A stretch of DNA of 54,839 nt, from NCBI GenBank assembly GCA_964569715.1, contig CAZMUD010000001.1, positions 1-54,839 of the forward strand. The letters run 5' to 3'. The notes beneath the pieces are model-generated. The model was not told the origin of the DNA. It did not search any database and was given only the letters and a program-made list of their open reading frames with translations. Positions 9,127 through 17,574 of this stretch are shown here, one piece after another; within the stretch, counting starts at the first letter, position 1; each line of letters begins with the position of its first letter. This DNA comes from an uncultured Dehalococcoidales bacterium. Its GTDB lineage: Bacteria; Chloroflexota; Dehalococcoidia; Dehalococcoidales; UBA2162. The translations under genes were made by a program, and so were the position numbers.

Positions 9127-9345
9127 CTAAGATGAAAGCCAGAGTACATCCCCGCAAAGATTGGGATTATGGGAGCGAGAGGAAAAGGCAGCAAATTCGT
9201 CTTTCTCCTTCTTTAACACCGTAGGAGCACCGTGGCCGGGGTATATTGGGGTGTCGTCGGGCAATACAAAAATCTTCTCGGTTATGGATTTGATTATCTG
9301 CCTGAAAGCATCTGGCGACCCTGTCTTACCCGGACCCCCGGGGAA
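9127..9345 (-). pseudogene. C-terminal remnant of an MBL-fold metallo-hydrolase
   Basis: Minus-strand frame reads ...FPGGPGKTGSPDAFRQIIKSITEKIFVLPDDTPIYPGHGAPTVLKKEKDEFAAFSSRSHNPNLCGDVLWLSS* (stop 9127-9129). It has no start codon. The frame runs up into the neighbouring gene's terminator hairpin and closes at a stop at 9424-9426. Confidence 0.55.
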
Positions 9346-9395
9346 ATCTGAATATGTCGCTTCCCAGCTGGGACAGACGACCTGTAAAAAGAGGA

Positions 9396-9423
9396 GGGGC
9401 TCCTGCCAGTGGGCAGGAGCCCC
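9396..9423 (-). terminator. intrinsic terminator of the carboxylesterase gene
   Basis: Perfect 12-bp stem GGGGCTCCTGCC / GGCAGGAGCCCC with loop AGTG, followed on the minus strand by CTCTTTTTAC. Confidence 0.75.
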
Positions 9424-9438
9424 CTAAATTGAGCGGGT

Positions 9439-10998
9439 TTATTCTTGTGGGGTAGCACGAGCCTCCAATATCCCGGATTTTACCTGTAGCGTATCTCCGA
9501 TATCAAGGTACTGGTCAGTAGCCGCCTCGTAGGCTGGCCACGTGACTAGGCCTTCTACACTTGGGTCTCCGGTTGCAGCAAACTGAGCCCACATAGTCAT
9601 CATGGCTTCAGCTACCCTTTCATCCATCTCGTCAAGCCCTGGGTCCGGCTGTTTGGCGCCGCCACTCTGGGGGAGCCTCAGGTTCCACAGTTCAGCTATC
9701 CCCTCCAAACGGCCGAAAACGTATTGTACCTCAAGCCCATGAAAAGCTACAACACCTTCCTCCCTCCAGCCAGTCGGCACATGAGTGAATACATAGGCAT
9801 ACCCCTTGGATTTGCCAGTGCTCATAACGGGAGCCCAGTCCGCAACCCCCTCAATCATTCCCGGAAAATCCGCGCTGTTACAACCGATGATGAAGGGAAC
9901 ATCGTTCTGCCTGCCCGCTTTGAATATGTTCTCCGGGGTATCTGGCAGAGACCAGCCATCCACCGTTATGACGCCAACATAAAGACCAAAAATGCCTGTT
10001 GCAGTAGTGGCGATCTCCTGCCAGCTCAAGGCGCGCAGGGCAGCCAGCACATCTTCTTCCCCGGCGACGCCGAGTTTAGCCGCCAGTTTCTCACCCATCT
10101 CTTCCGCTTTCTTTAAACTGGAAGCAGCAAGGGGTGGTGTTACTGATTCTGCGATTGCCCAAACTCCGCTTTCGATGATAGCCCGGTGGAAAAGCCCTTT
10201 GGCTAAAGGTGAAACCATCAAGTTATGAGTCTTCGCACCGCCCCCGGACTCGCCAAAAATCGTGACATTGTTGGGGTCACCACCGAAGGCAGCGATGTTC
10301 CTCTGCACCCACTTCAAGGCAGCGATTAAGTCTAATTGGCCGTAATTTCCAGAAGCATTGATGCCTGATTCCTCGGTAAGTAAGGGGTGAGACAGGTAAC
10401 CTAGCGCTCCCAGCCGGTGGTTGACGGTTACTACCACTACACCGTGCTGGGGCAGTGCTGTGTTGCAACAGCTCAGCGAGTTGCCGGAAAGAATGCTTAA
10501 GCCGCCGCCATGGAACCAGACCATTACAGGAAAACGCTCGGTCGTCTTTTTGGCCGGCGTCAGGACGTTTAAGTAAAGGCAGTCTTCGCTTAGCTCCCCT
10601 AGCCCAGTTATTACCTCCACCTGCGCGGCCCGATTGCTCCACTGAGTGCATTCCCGGATTCCCGACCAGGGAGCAGCCGGTTGCGGTGGCTTCCACCTCA
10701 AATCACCCACGGGCGGAGCGGCATATGGGATTCCTCTATAGATACGCACCTCGTTTCCAACATCACCCTGCACTGTCCCGGAAACGAATCCAGTGTCTAT
10801 TTCTACTGGATCAGCGAAGACTGCAGCCAAGTCGCTCTGCAAGGACGCTACCTGAGCCTGTGCGGCGTCCTTATCAGCTACCGCCTCATCATATTCTTCC
10901 TGAGCTACACCGCAACCGGCCAGCACCGGCACTATCAGCGCCAGGACCAGGAACAGGACTACAAATTTGTACCAAAAGTTCCTTTTTAGCTGCCTCAT
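9439..10998 (-). CDS. type-B carboxylesterase/lipase family lipoprotein
   Basis: Lipobox LAGC after a hydrophobic N-terminus; EDCLYLNV signature; nucleophile motif FGESGGG. GGAGG lies 8 nt upstream of ATG 10998 (ORF track start is 11025). Confidence 0.85.
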   Translation of the reverse strand: MRQLKRNFWYKFVVLFLVLALIVPVLAGCGVAQEEYDEAVADKDAAQAQVASLQSDLAAVFADPVEIDTGFVSGTVQGDVGNEVRIYRGIPYAAPPVGDLRWKPPQPAAPWSGIRECTQWSNRAAQVEVITGLGELSEDCLYLNVLTPAKKTTERFPVMVWFHGGGLSILSGNSLSCCNTALPQHGVVVVTVNHRLGALGYLSHPLLTEESGINASGNYGQLDLIAALKWVQRNIAAFGGDPNNVTIFGESGGGAKTHNLMVSPLAKGLFHRAIIESGVWAIAESVTPPLAASSLKKAEEMGEKLAAKLGVAGEEDVLAALRALSWQEIATTATGIFGLYVGVITVDGWSLPDTPENIFKAGRQNDVPFIIGCNSADFPGMIEGVADWAPVMSTGKSKGYAYVFTHVPTGWREEGVVAFHGLEVQYVFGRLEGIAELWNLRLPQSGGAKQPDPGLDEMDERVAEAMMTMWAQFAATGDPSVEGLVTWPAYEAATDQYLDIGDTLQVKSGILEARATPQE

Positions 10999-11319
10999 GA
11001 TATCTACCTCCTCTGTTTTCATCATTTCGTTCCTGAGAACTCATGTGCCCTGTCAAGAAAGTTGGTTATTTTTCAGCCCACGTGCAAAAAAATTATTATA
11101 TCACTATCCCCCCTTTGTCAAGCAGGCTGTGGCTCCGTTCACGAGTCTAACTTCTCTTCCCCCCAAAATCTGAACACATCCTAGACCATCGGCTAAATCG
11201 GGGTGGGCTTTATATCTGAAAGACGAGTCATCTTTAGCCACGACCACCATTTTTCTTCACTCCTTAATTATTTAAGCAGCATACCCACGGTTGCATTATA
11301 TCATGCAGGTCAAAACTTG

Positions 11320-11328
11320 TGGTATAAT
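11320..11328 (+). promoter_or_regulatory. extended -10 element TGGTATAAT
   Basis: Perfect TGnTATAAT. ATG 11336 follows 7 nt later, implying a leaderless or near-leaderless transcript. Confidence 0.4.
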
Positions 11329-11335
11329 GCAATCA

Positions 11336-11878
11336 ATGCGAAGAAATCTATTCTTATATCTGGCTCTGGCTTGCTTTGTCGGTCTTATAGCCATATTTGT
11401 GGTTGACGGCTATCTGGGTACCTACGATACCGTTTACATAACCGCCGGCGAACGATCGTTGAAGGTAGAGGCTGACGTTTGGCAGCGCCAATACCCAACT
11501 TATGGTGGACCCATTTATGAAGAAGAACCTATGTCTGTAGAAGGAGACAAAGGTGGTTATTACATGGGCGCCAACCGGGATGAGAAGATATCCTTCCGCT
11601 ATGAAGTAGATAATCGCGTGTTTTCAACCTATAAGGCTGATATTGAGGCATCAGTGTGGCACAGTCAGGAAAAGGTGCGTGACTTAATATCACGCCCAAT
11701 ATCAATAGCTGCCTTTGATAAAGGAGAGTTGGAGTGGGTAGTAGATAACACCGAGCTTCTCCCGACGGATATTCTTCCAGAGCAAAGTTATCAGTACACA
11801 GTAATCATAAAGAGAGGCGAAATAGAGCGGAGGATAGTCGTGTTTATAAATCCTGCCGGCTATCCGAGAAAGTATTAG
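11336..11878 (+). CDS. hypothetical membrane-anchored protein
   Basis: MRRNLFLYLALACFVGLIAIFVV is a single N-terminal TM; the rest is soluble. No family recognised. Confidence 0.5.
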   Translation: MRRNLFLYLALACFVGLIAIFVVDGYLGTYDTVYITAGERSLKVEADVWQRQYPTYGGPIYEEEPMSVEGDKGGYYMGANRDEKISFRYEVDNRVFSTYKADIEASVWHSQEKVRDLISRPISIAAFDKGELEWVVDNTELLPTDILPEQSYQYTVIIKRGEIERRIVVFINPAGYPRKY

Positions 11879-11892
11879 GAGTTTAACGGCGT

Positions 11893-12069
11893 ATGCAGCT
11901 AACATATGTACTATATGGTTTCGGAGTTCTGCTATGCGTGGCTGGCATCGGCTATCTGGCAGCAGAATATGTGAAGTATATGTCGGAGATAGGGAAACTG
12001 CTTGCCTTGCTGCTGACGGTAGGTATGTTTGGCTTTCTGGGCAAATACTTTGAAGAGCTGGGGTGGTAG
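11893..12069 (+). CDS. hypothetical 58-aa two-TM protein (below ORF-track cutoff)
   Basis: ATG 11893 to TAG 12067-12069: MQLTYVLYGFGVLLCVAGIGYLAAEYVKYMSEIGKLLALLLTVGMFGFLGKYFEELGW. It fits exactly between neighbouring same-strand genes. Confidence 0.4.
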   Translation: MQLTYVLYGFGVLLCVAGIGYLAAEYVKYMSEIGKLLALLLTVGMFGFLGKYFEELGW

Positions 12070-12073
12070 CTAG

Positions 12074-12337
12074 ATGGGAATAGTAATTACAATAGCAACG
12101 TTTGCCATTCTAGGCTTTATTGGCTGGCTTATTTACCGTGCGGTAAGAGGAAGGCAGGTCAAAGCTCACCACGTTACCTATGGTATTGCCGTGATTACTG
12201 GCATTTTTACCTACGGCTTCTTCCTCAGCATGAACATACCGCAGCCAATTAAGATATTGCTGAGCATTATTCTAGGGATAATTTTAATTATCCTGGCAGC
12301 TTTTCTTCAGCGCCGCCGCCAACCAGGCAAGCCCTAA
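12074..12337 (+). CDS. hypothetical small membrane protein (3 TM)
   Basis: 87 aa with three hydrophobic segments and a basic C-terminus RRRQPGKP. Confidence 0.5.
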   Translation: MGIVITIATFAILGFIGWLIYRAVRGRQVKAHHVTYGIAVITGIFTYGFFLSMNIPQPIKILLSIILGIILIILAAFLQRRRQPGKP

Positions 12338-12461
12338 GTTTGTCTGATTCTGTTGGCTCGGCCTCTTCCTTAAGCTATCACCACAGCCCCTGTAGTCAAA
12401 AATAAAGGCATTAATCCCCGTTTCATATATAATGGGGGGGGGCTTGATGTGGAGTGATAGT

Positions 12462-12971
12462 ATGAGCGGAGAGTTAAAATATATTACCTTCAATACCGAT
12501 ATGGGTTGGGTAGGAATATTGGCTTCGGCAAAAGGGCTGCTCGACACTACCTTGCCCCAGCGCTCAGCTCAAGAAACACATCAGCTATTAGGTGAGAGCG
12601 TAAATCAGGCTACCTGGTCTCCTCGCCTGTTTGATGACCTAATGGAACGCCTCAAGGTTTACTTTAGCGGTCGTAAGGCAGCCTTCCCTGATGAGCTTGA
12701 CCTGTCGGGGGCTACCCCCTTTCAGCGTGAGGTATGGGAGGCAACCAGGCTTATTCCTTATGGTGAGACAAGGAGTTACCTCTGGGTGGCTGAACAGATT
12801 AAGAAACCAGGGGCAGCGCGGGCAGTGGGGCAGGCTCTAGGTAGAAACCCTCTGGCTGTTATCGTCCCCTGTCATCGGGTAGTAGCCAGTGATGGCACGC
12901 TCGGTGGCTTCGGTGGAGGACTGGAGATGAAGCGGCGTCTTCTTTGTCTGGAAGCCTCAGCTATTAGTTAA
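12462..12971 (+). CDS. ogt: methylated-DNA--protein-cysteine methyltransferase
   Basis: Active site IVPCHRVV, plus TPFQREVW and YGETRSY. GGAG lies 7 nt upstream of ATG 12462; a TATAAT at 12428-12433 overlaps the track start 12432. Confidence 0.9.
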   Translation: MSGELKYITFNTDMGWVGILASAKGLLDTTLPQRSAQETHQLLGESVNQATWSPRLFDDLMERLKVYFSGRKAAFPDELDLSGATPFQREVWEATRLIPYGETRSYLWVAEQIKKPGAARAVGQALGRNPLAVIVPCHRVVASDGTLGGFGGGLEMKRRLLCLEASAIS

Positions 12972-14351
12972 GGTAACACCAGAATAACTTGTCCCCCTAT
13001 CAAACATCGTGTTTATTCTAAGTTCTAAAAAATCCAGTTCGTATTTCTTAATCAGCCCTTCATCAGCAAAGCTAAAGTAGCTGTTGTCACCTATTACGAT
13101 ATGGTCTAACACCTTAATCTGAACAATATTGCCAACAAAGACCAGGTCTCTGGTGAGTTGTTTATCGCTCTTGCTGGGGGCAGGGTCACCCGAGGGGTGG
13201 TTATGGACAAAAACCACAGCAACGGCACGGTGCTCAATGGCACTTTCTACAATCTCACGGGGACGGATTGGGATACTCTCCAGCGTGCCTTCAAAGAGAG
13301 TGACCGTGTCAATAATCTGGTTTCGGCTATTTAGGTAGATAGCCTTGAATACCTCTTTCTTCAGGTCTCGCATTGAGTAGGAGAGGTAATCAAAAACCTC
13401 TTTGGAGGACTGATATAGGGGCTTATCAATAATTTTCTTTTTAAGAACCTCGGTGGGTAATTCATGTAGAAGCTTAATACAAAACATACAACTGGAAGTA
13501 AACCCAACCTGCTCTAGCTCTTGCGGAGAAGCTGACAGCAGTCCCCTGATGTCCTTGAACGCTTTAATGCACTCTTTTGACAGCCGTTTGCACTCCCGAG
13601 AGGACAAGGCAAGGCTTAACAATAATTCAATAACCTCTTGGTCACTAAATCCCTCAAAACCTGACCTGATAAACCTCTCCCGTAACAGTGACATACGTCC
13701 TCTTAATAGAACCAATGAAGTTATCTCCTGACTTTCCCTTGGCTTTATTAACATCCACTCACCTGCCCGTCTTATGAGACCAAATTGGTGATTTCTCATC
13801 ACCTCTATCATTTCGTTTGCTCCACATTCAGCGAGGGGATATGTGCAAATGGCGAGCATACGATACTTGCCGATGATATTATTTACCTCTTCTTCATAAT
13901 CAGCAAACTTTCTCCAACCTCCCTTCTCAAGCCAAGCCGCATCCCCTGTCACTCTTATGCCATCATAACCCTTAGCCAGGGCTTGATTGAGCTTATCAAT
14001 CCAGGCACCAAGAACCCTTTGTTTATTGAAAGTACCGCCTTTAAGATACCATTCGGTATGCGGAATAATCTCTATTTGTCCTCTTTCCAGATATTGAGCG
14101 AAATTAGGCACAGTCTGCCTCATTGCTTCCTCAGCTTCTTTTTCACTACAGGGCTTTGAAGTAACCCAGATACAAGACTCATTACTTTCTAAACCTACCT
14201 TGAAATAAGGCACCAGAATATCAATTAAGTCTTGTTTAGTATCATAAAATGAACAAAGGTGCATGCCCCAAGGGACAGCACCTACAGCATCAATCCCCGT
14301 TTCTCTAGCTCTTTCTTCCAGTGATGTTCGTAATGTACCTTGCGAAGCCAT
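12957..14351 (-). CDS. MEDS-domain / RadC (JAB-MPN) fusion protein
   Basis: The N-terminal half has the MEDS hallmark PWGMHLCSFYDTKQDLIDILVPYFKVGLESNESCIWVTS. The C-terminal half is a full RadC module ending in HNHPSGDPAPSKSDKQLT. Start chosen at ATG 14351 (GGAGGTG upstream); the track ORF extends to 14444. It overlaps the ogt 3' end by 15 bp. Confidence 0.75.
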   Translation of the reverse strand: MASQGTLRTSLEERARETGIDAVGAVPWGMHLCSFYDTKQDLIDILVPYFKVGLESNESCIWVTSKPCSEKEAEEAMRQTVPNFAQYLERGQIEIIPHTEWYLKGGTFNKQRVLGAWIDKLNQALAKGYDGIRVTGDAAWLEKGGWRKFADYEEEVNNIIGKYRMLAICTYPLAECGANEMIEVMRNHQFGLIRRAGEWMLIKPRESQEITSLVLLRGRMSLLRERFIRSGFEGFSDQEVIELLLSLALSSRECKRLSKECIKAFKDIRGLLSASPQELEQVGFTSSCMFCIKLLHELPTEVLKKKIIDKPLYQSSKEVFDYLSYSMRDLKKEVFKAIYLNSRNQIIDTVTLFEGTLESIPIRPREIVESAIEHRAVAVVFVHNHPSGDPAPSKSDKQLTRDLVFVGNIVQIKVLDHIVIGDNSYFSFADEGLIKKYELDFLELRINTMFDRGTSYSGVTLTNS

Positions 14352-14480
14352 CCTCACACCACCTCCAACGTTGCTAAAATCCCTTATCCGTATATTATAT
14401 TGCACCTGCCAACATATGGCATAAATAATGCCAATTGGGGACAAGATTTAATAGTTTTTATGATACTTTTATGCCAATTA

Positions 14481-14525
14481 GAGACAACGGGTTAGTGTTG
14501 GTGGCTAGGGGAGCCAGTGAAGCTC
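14481..14525. repeat. 45-bp direct repeat, copy A (partner at 18696-18740)
   Basis: gagacaacgggttagtgttggtggctaggggagccagtgaagctc versus gggacaacaggttggtgtttttagctaggggagccagtgaagctc. The last 22 nt are identical, and I count about 39/45 identical overall. Confidence 0.8.
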
Positions 14526-14597
14526 ATAGGCTTTGGCTGTGGACTGGAAATGAAGCAGCGTCTTCTTTGTCTAGAAGCCACAGCCAGTATTGGGTAG
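14504..14597 (+). pseudogene. ogt 3'-end remnant
   Basis: With one small deletion it reads ASE..LIGFGCGLEMKQRLLCLEATASIG*, compared with intact Ogt ASDGTLGGFGGGLEMKRRLLCLEASAIS*. The nucleotide similarity to 12886-12971 is visible by eye. Confidence 0.7.
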
Positions 14598-14606
14598 AGT
14601 ATTACC

Positions 14607-17003
14607 CTATCCCCTGCGGACAGGCTCCTCCCCAGCAACTTTATTCTTGTCTACCTCCTCACCTGCCAGCGGCAATTCAATAAAGAAGGTAACACCTTGT
14701 CCCGGTTTACTTTCGGCGTATATCTTGCCACCGTGCTCGGTCACAATGCCATGGCAGGCGCTAAGCCCTAAGCCGGTGCCACCCCTATCCCCCCTGGTGG
14801 TGAAAAATGGGTCAAAGACCCTGCTGAGGTTTTCGACTGGAATCCCGGGACCATCATCAGCAAACGAAATCCGGATACAGTCCTTCCCCCGCTGAGTTTT
14901 GATGGTGAGCTTCCCCTCACGGTCTGCCTCGGTCATGGCCTGCTCGGCATTGAGAATGATGTTCAAGAAAACCTGCTGAATTTGACCAAAATCGCCAACC
15001 GTCTCTGGCAGGCTGGGAGCAAGCTCAACTGCAAGGTCAATATTGCCCGATTTCAACTCGTAAGCCCTTAATTCCAGAGTCCTTCCCAGAATCTCGTTTA
15101 TGTCCAGACATTCCTTCTTTGGCCCACGGCGGCGGGCAAAGGTCAGCAGATTCTCCACCACTCTGGCAGCACGTCGAGCTTCATTATGAATCCTCTCTAA
15201 ATCCTGGCTGATTTCCTGGCTAGTGCTTTTTTTCATAAGACGCTCAGAAAATCCTATTACCCCGGTAAGAGGGTTATTTATCTCGTGGGCAACGCCGGCG
15301 GCCAGCTCACCAATAGAGGCCAGGCGACTGGAGAGAGCAAGCTCCTGCTGCAGCTCCTTCTCCCTCTCCTCCGCCTGCTTAAGCTCGGTGACGTCTATGA
15401 TAACCCCTCTCATGCCGACAGGCTTGTTTTCACGGGTAATAGCAGAACCATATACGATAGCGGGGAATGTGCTGCCGTCCTTCCTCAGTGCTGTGTATTC
15501 ACTACCGCCTATCTTTTTCCCACTTAATACCCTTCGCATATCCTCTATGACTCTGTCTTTGTCCTCCGGAATAAAGAGTTCAATACAATTCAACTCTTTC
15601 CGGACATCCTCTAAAGTATAGCCAAAGGCTAGAGTGCCCTGGCGGTTGGCGAAGGTGAGATTGCCTTTTTCATCAAGTTCATATACGGTTTGTGGTAAAG
15701 AATTAACTATGTCTATGAATCTCTTCCTGGTCTCCTTGAGTGCATCCTCTACCTCTTTGCGCTCGGTGATGTCCCGGATAAAAGCAACATTGGCACGCTC
15801 CCCCTTGTATGTCGTATAGGCACTGGTAAGCTCAATGGGAACCTCGGTGCCATCTTTTCTGATAATGGACATCTCGAAAAGTCCCGGCATAATTGCACCC
15901 CGCATCTTTTCTCCATGTCTTTCTAGAGAAGCCTGGCGGTGTTCGGGGTGGACGAGGTCGAAAAACGACATACCGAGCAGTTCCTTCCTGGAGTAGCCGG
16001 TGATGTGGGGCCACTCATCGCTAACGAAGGTTTGGGTGGCATTTCCCTGCTCAGTATCCTGCAGCATGACAACAGCCTCCCCCACTTTGCCACCCAGATT
16101 GACGAGGGCGCGATATCTCTCTTCTGACTCCCGCAGAGCCTCCTCTGCCTGCTTGCGCGCGGTGATGTCCCGGATAATGGTCTGCACAATTCCTTTTTCT
16201 TCATCAACCACCCTTGAGCTTAAGTCAATATCAAAGAGGGTCCCATCTTTTCTCTTGGCTTCTGACTCGAGTCTCACGTGCCCTATCTTGACTAGCTGCT
16301 GGAACTCTCTTTCCATTCTTTCAAACTGACTTTCAGAGAAGAACTGTGCCATATTCATCTGTAGAAACTCGTCTCTACTGTAACCTACTAATTCTTCAGC
16401 CCTCTGATTTATATCCAGTATTTTACCGTGAGAGTCTTGCACAATTGCGATGTCATTCAATAGTTGGAACAAGTTTTTAAATTTTTGCTCTGACTCCCGC
16501 AGTGCCTCTTCAGCCCGCTTGCGCTCGGTGATGTCACGCATCGCGGCTAGACAAACTTCTTTTCCATACCATGTGAAGTAGCTAACTGATATCTCTGTGG
16601 GGAAAACACTTCCGTCTTTCTTCCTGTGATAACATACAGGAATGTATTCTGTGGCAGTCATTGTTGCGCGGCGAGTCTTCTCAGGTTCTGCTGAAAAATC
16701 GGTGTTATTCATTTGAAGTGCTTCTTCCCGGCTATATCCATACATCTCCATTGCAGCGTTGTTCAAATCAAGGATTTCACCTGTATCAACCTCTATTAAA
16801 AAGAGGGCATCAGAACTCAAGTCAAATAATTGTTGATACTTCTCCTCACTCTCCCGTAGCGTCTGTTCCGCCCATTTGAGCCCACTTTCTAGTATTTCGA
16901 ATTCGGCGACCTGTTGGCGCAACTCTGTCAGTTTACTTATGACTTGCTCTTTTGTCTTACCTTCGTCAGATAACATAATCCAACCCCCCTTTTGACAGTT
17001 CAT
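14607..17003 (-). CDS. cytoplasmic multi-PAS sensor histidine kinase
   Basis: Repeated PAS-like blocks are separated by ITERK.AEEALRESE linkers. H-box HEINNPLTGV; HATPase_c motifs DDGPGI and GGTGLGLS; no TM segment. ATGA overlap with the upstream regulator; an alternative start is ATG 16976. Confidence 0.9.
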   Translation of the reverse strand: MNCQKGGWIMLSDEGKTKEQVISKLTELRQQVAEFEILESGLKWAEQTLRESEEKYQQLFDLSSDALFLIEVDTGEILDLNNAAMEMYGYSREEALQMNNTDFSAEPEKTRRATMTATEYIPVCYHRKKDGSVFPTEISVSYFTWYGKEVCLAAMRDITERKRAEEALRESEQKFKNLFQLLNDIAIVQDSHGKILDINQRAEELVGYSRDEFLQMNMAQFFSESQFERMEREFQQLVKIGHVRLESEAKRKDGTLFDIDLSSRVVDEEKGIVQTIIRDITARKQAEEALRESEERYRALVNLGGKVGEAVVMLQDTEQGNATQTFVSDEWPHITGYSRKELLGMSFFDLVHPEHRQASLERHGEKMRGAIMPGLFEMSIIRKDGTEVPIELTSAYTTYKGERANVAFIRDITERKEVEDALKETRKRFIDIVNSLPQTVYELDEKGNLTFANRQGTLAFGYTLEDVRKELNCIELFIPEDKDRVIEDMRRVLSGKKIGGSEYTALRKDGSTFPAIVYGSAITRENKPVGMRGVIIDVTELKQAEEREKELQQELALSSRLASIGELAAGVAHEINNPLTGVIGFSERLMKKSTSQEISQDLERIHNEARRAARVVENLLTFARRRGPKKECLDINEILGRTLELRAYELKSGNIDLAVELAPSLPETVGDFGQIQQVFLNIILNAEQAMTEADREGKLTIKTQRGKDCIRISFADDGPGIPVENLSRVFDPFFTTRGDRGGTGLGLSACHGIVTEHGGKIYAESKPGQGVTFFIELPLAGEEVDKNKVAGEEPVRRG

Positions 17004-17545
17004 CCGCCAATGTGAGTGGCATGCAGAAAAGTATTGACGGCAGCAATAATGCCCTCTTCGCCGAAAGGCTTATTCATAACCCCAAAAGGACCTTGGGCCA
17101 GAGCCCGCGCCATCATTTTACTATCGGGGTAGCCAGTGATGATAATTACTGGCAACCTGGGCTTGACCATTTTCATCTGGCGAAAAAGCTCGGCGCCATC
17201 CATGCCAGGCATTTTGAGGTCAAGAAAAACCAGGGCAAAATCCCCTTTTTTCACCAGTTCCAATCCTGCCAAAGCATCCCCAGCCAGCATCACGGTGTGC
17301 CCTAGCTCCTCCAGGGTCTCCTTGAATAGCGTCCGAATCATCTCCTCGTCATCGACGACAAGGATAGTTGCCTTAGTTCCAACCGAGTTTCGTTGTAGCC
17401 ACTCATCAATTGAGTCCTTCTCAAACCTCCAATTACGGCCTACCTTGGCTGCCGGGATATTACCTCGCTTGAGTAGCCTGTATATCGTCTTCTCAGTGAC
17501 CCGCAGATAATCAGCTATTTCTTGAAGAGTCATAAGCTCTGTCAT
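17000..17545 (-). CDS. response regulator: excisionase/MerR-type HTH + receiver domain
   Basis: LTLQEIADYLRVTEKTIYRLLKRGNIPAAKVGRNWRFEKDSIDEWL is followed by ILVVDDE...LVFLDLKMPGMDG...KP. Confidence 0.85.
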   Translation of the reverse strand: MTELMTLQEIADYLRVTEKTIYRLLKRGNIPAAKVGRNWRFEKDSIDEWLQRNSVGTKATILVVDDEEMIRTLFKETLEELGHTVMLAGDALAGLELVKKGDFALVFLDLKMPGMDGAELFRQMKMVKPRLPVIIITGYPDSKMMARALAQGPFGVMNKPFGEEGIIAAVNTFLHATHIGG

Positions 17546-17574
17546 ATTGCCTTCCTCTCCTCAATTTCTACGAT

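Noticed and set aside
9161-9427. 88-aa plus-strand ORF between the deacetylase and esterase genes
   Set aside because: It has no recognisable motifs. The opposite strand carries a clear MBL-fold C-terminal remnant, and the ORF's 3' end runs through the esterase terminator hairpin.
11104-11250. 48-aa minus-strand ORF (MVVVAKDDSSFRYKAHPDLADGLGCVQILGGREVRLVNGATACLTKGG) with GGAGTGAAG upstream
   Set aside because: It could be a small gene or a beheaded fragment. I recognise no family, and it lies in a promoter region, so support is insufficient to call.
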